Below are positions 61,141 through 64,000 of a stretch of DNA of 64,000 bases, piece by piece. Under the pieces are notes generated by a model. That model was not told where the DNA came from. It saw only the letters and a program-made list of their open reading frames with translations, and did no database searches. Every line of letters starts with the position of its first letter. Within the stretch, counting starts at the first letter, position 1. The translations under genes and the position numbers were made by a program. Origin of the DNA: Lama glama (Eukaryota); NCBI GenBank assembly GCA_028534125.1, contig CM052818.1, forward strand, positions 8,062,001 to 8,126,000, written 5' to 3'.

Positions 61141-62861
61141 ACAATTTTCAATTTAATGTGCTAAAAATAAGTATTACGTAGAATTTAGAGTTTTATTTTT
61201 ATAGTATAAGCTGTTCTTTTTAACTCAAGTGATTTCATATAGTCTCCCCTTTTTCTCCTCACAGCCCTGTTAAAGGGAGTATTATTATCATTTGACAAAT
61301 AAGTAAACTATTTATAAAGTGGCACTTTGACGGGTACCCAACAGTGAAACCATTAGAAAACAGTCTTTTTAGAAGCTGAGAAATGTTAATATATTGCACA
61401 AGTTATGATCTGCCGTTGAATATTGCCTTTTTATCTGAACAACATTAGTATATTCCAAGAGATTCTCCACCCTAAGTGAGGCAGTCTTTTATAGATGACT
61501 ATATGACAAATCCTAGGGCTGATGTCACATTTATTTGGACTTAGACCTTTGTTCTTGATTTATTTTTTTGTTTTCCCTGTTCCTGGTGAAAATTAATGAG
61601 AAGCAGACATTTTGGTGGCATACTCTTGGTGGCCTCACTGTGTCTCTGGCTTCTCTGACTTCATGCAGTGATTTGGTTGTGCATAAACGTCACATTTTAT
61701 AATGTTCATATCCTGCTAATACTCACACATGCTACTAATGTGCAATTTTTTGTTCATTTGTTTTAATCAAATACAGTATTCTAATTAGTTTTGGATGTAT
61801 TTTGATGAGGTGACTATTACTATCATTATTATTAGACTCTAGTGTTTCCGTGTAGTTACATCTGGAATTGAACGTTTTCCTTTAGGGTATACTACTTTTT
61901 TCAAGTTTCCTTTTTTGCATGCTTTGCTACTCTTTCAAATATAATGAGTGTTTATTAGTTCTTTTGACACTGGGCTGTACGTAGCATTATGAAAAAAGAA
62001 ACGGAAATTTAGAAGAAATTCAATGAGATAGTTTAAGTTGGAACCATTTTTTTGTTTAATCTGCTGCCAAGAAATTCTCTTGCTTAAGGGAAGAGAAAAA
62101 GGCCAAATACTTTGTTGTATTTGTAAAGTGCTAGGATTGCATTACCCCTTGTATGTTGGTTAGTCAGTATTTTAATACTCTAAAGAAAAAGTTATTTAGA
62201 TAATGGAATAAGTCCTAAACAGTAAAGATTATCATCGAGAATATTAAATTAAAGATGAGGAAAAGGAGCACCATGCCAGGTAGGAAAATAGCTGGCATCA
62301 CTCACTGGTAAAGGTGAGGACTCAGGCTGCCCGAGTCCAGATTGGACTCTCTGGATAAACAATAAAATACTACATTGATTTTAATTTCATAAAGTATGCA
62401 GGGTGAAGTCATAGTACTAAATTTGTGATGACAGACAAGTATACTGCATGGGTTTTTTAAATAAATGTTTTTTGGATACAATTTTGTTTTTATGTTGACA
62501 GTACAGGAAGTACACGGACATCTTCTTGTTTCTTGGCCTTTTTTGTCTTTAGCAAGTATGGAAAATTGTCTTGACAGTCTTCCTTCAAAACCAAATGAAT
62601 CTAAACTTTAAAACTTACTTCCCATGTCCTTATGTGACACCTTTTTGTGTGTGTTGGAAGTGGTCAGTTTTTGTAAAGAAATGCTTCTTATAAATGTAAA
62701 CTGTTGAGCCTAACATTAAAGGTAGAAGGCAGTAGGAGTACGATCTTGATAAAGTAGCTAAATAAAGTGGTTGTTATAATAAAGTTTTAAAGAGATTATA
62801 CAGTTTAATTCATTGAGCTGGAAGAACTTACCAATGAAAGGTGTCTTGAAAAAAGTTCAGT

Positions 62862-63722
62862 TGTGTTATCCTTTACTCTCACACTCACAATGCTCTGATG
62901 CCAGATGTTGGGGTTTTTTCCCACACTGACCAATTCTCTGACACCAACTGGGTGTTCTGCAATTCAATTCTGACATTAACCAGAGTTAATGCAGGCCCCA
63001 CATGTTAAGGGCTCAGTCTCATAAGACTACCCCTACGTCAGATGCCATTCACAAGTAACAGATCTCCAGGTTACTTACAGCTTCTATCTGACTTGGCTAC
63101 AAATCGGAGGTTGCTACTATTCCCTTAACAGGTTCATTAATATTCCTAGAATGGCTCACAAAACCCAGGGAAAAGCATTTACTTACTGTCACCAATATTT
63201 TAAAGGACACAAACAGCAGATGAAGAGTTGCACAGGGCAAGTTATGTGGGAAAGGACTCCAAGTTGCCATGCCCTCTCCCGGTGCACCACCTTCCCAGCA
63301 CCTCCATGTGTTCACCAGTCCAGAAGCTGTCTGAACCCCCTCCTTTTGGGTGTTTATTGAGGCTGTATTACATAGGCATGATTGATTAAATAATTGGCCA
63401 TTGGTGATTAATTCAACCTCTAGCCCCCTTTTCCTCCCCTCTGCCTGGAAGTCCAGGAGTGGGGCTGAAATTCTAACCCTCTGATCATGTGGCTGGTTTC
63501 CTTGACAACCAGCCCGCTTCTGTAGAGTCTTTCACAAAGTCACCTCGTTAATATAAACTCAGGTATGGTTGAAAGGGACTTGTTATGAATAACAGAAAAC
63601 TTTTACTTTCACCTTTTTGGCTCCTTATCACTTAGGAAATTCCAAAGACTTTTTAGGAGCTCCATGTCACAAACAGGACAAAGATCAAATATATATTTCT
63701 TATTATAAATCACAGTATCACA
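62862..63722 (-). mobile_element. MER21-like solo LTR
   Basis: ccaattctctgacaccaactgggtgt..aagggctcagtctcataagact..gcacctccatgtgttcacca..ggcatgattgattaaataattggccattggtgatt..tattataaatcacagtatcaca. Confidence 0.8.
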
Positions 63723-64000
63723 GAAGGCACATGCAACTTTGCCTAAACTAAGTTCAGAAGGTGATTGTTCACCTCTGCCTCCATGAAATTGAACAGTCCT
63801 CCAGAATTACTGAATAGGGAAGTATTAACAAGTAAGAGCTTTTTATTATAAACAAATAGGGAAACTATAATAGGAGTTCCTAGATATTGATGAAATAAAA
63901 AGGCAAAACACTTCAAATGAATGTGCTACATATGAAGCTTATTTTACTAACATGGAAATCGATTATAAAGGACTAGTAGTTAATTCAGTTTTACTTGTTT

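Noticed and set aside
1..64000. A novel multi-gene system, operon or CRISPR array
   Set aside because: Eukaryotic intron-exon DNA explained by one known gene plus repeats; no repeat-spacer array or compact gene cluster seen

Overview
This is AT-rich, repeat-dense mammalian genomic DNA, not prokaryotic. A tRNA-derived Vic-1-type SINE and matching L1 copies point to a camelid (inferred). The whole window lies inside WDPCP (Fritz/BBS15, the CPLANE ciliogenesis and planar-cell-polarity effector) on the + strand. Ten internal coding exons, corresponding to human exons ~3-12 by recall, splice into one uninterrupted frame from ...DRDIGIYQYYDKKDPP... to ...ARRFFHHLLR. All have GT-AG boundaries; the start and stop codons lie outside the window. 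Introns carry a TSD-bounded antisense L1 with a 100-N gap over ORF2, a HAL1-like element, old L1/L2/MIR/CR1 fragments, hAT MITEs and solo LTRs. Almost all ORF-track entries are chance ORFs or repeat fragments. I found no evidence of a new multi-gene system. The best leads are a 67-bp L1 insertion truncated at both ends, the gapped L1, competing WDPCP splice acceptors and several repeat-poor, motif-dense candidate enhancers. Repeat family names come from recalled consensus sequences, not a search, and their boundaries are approximate.
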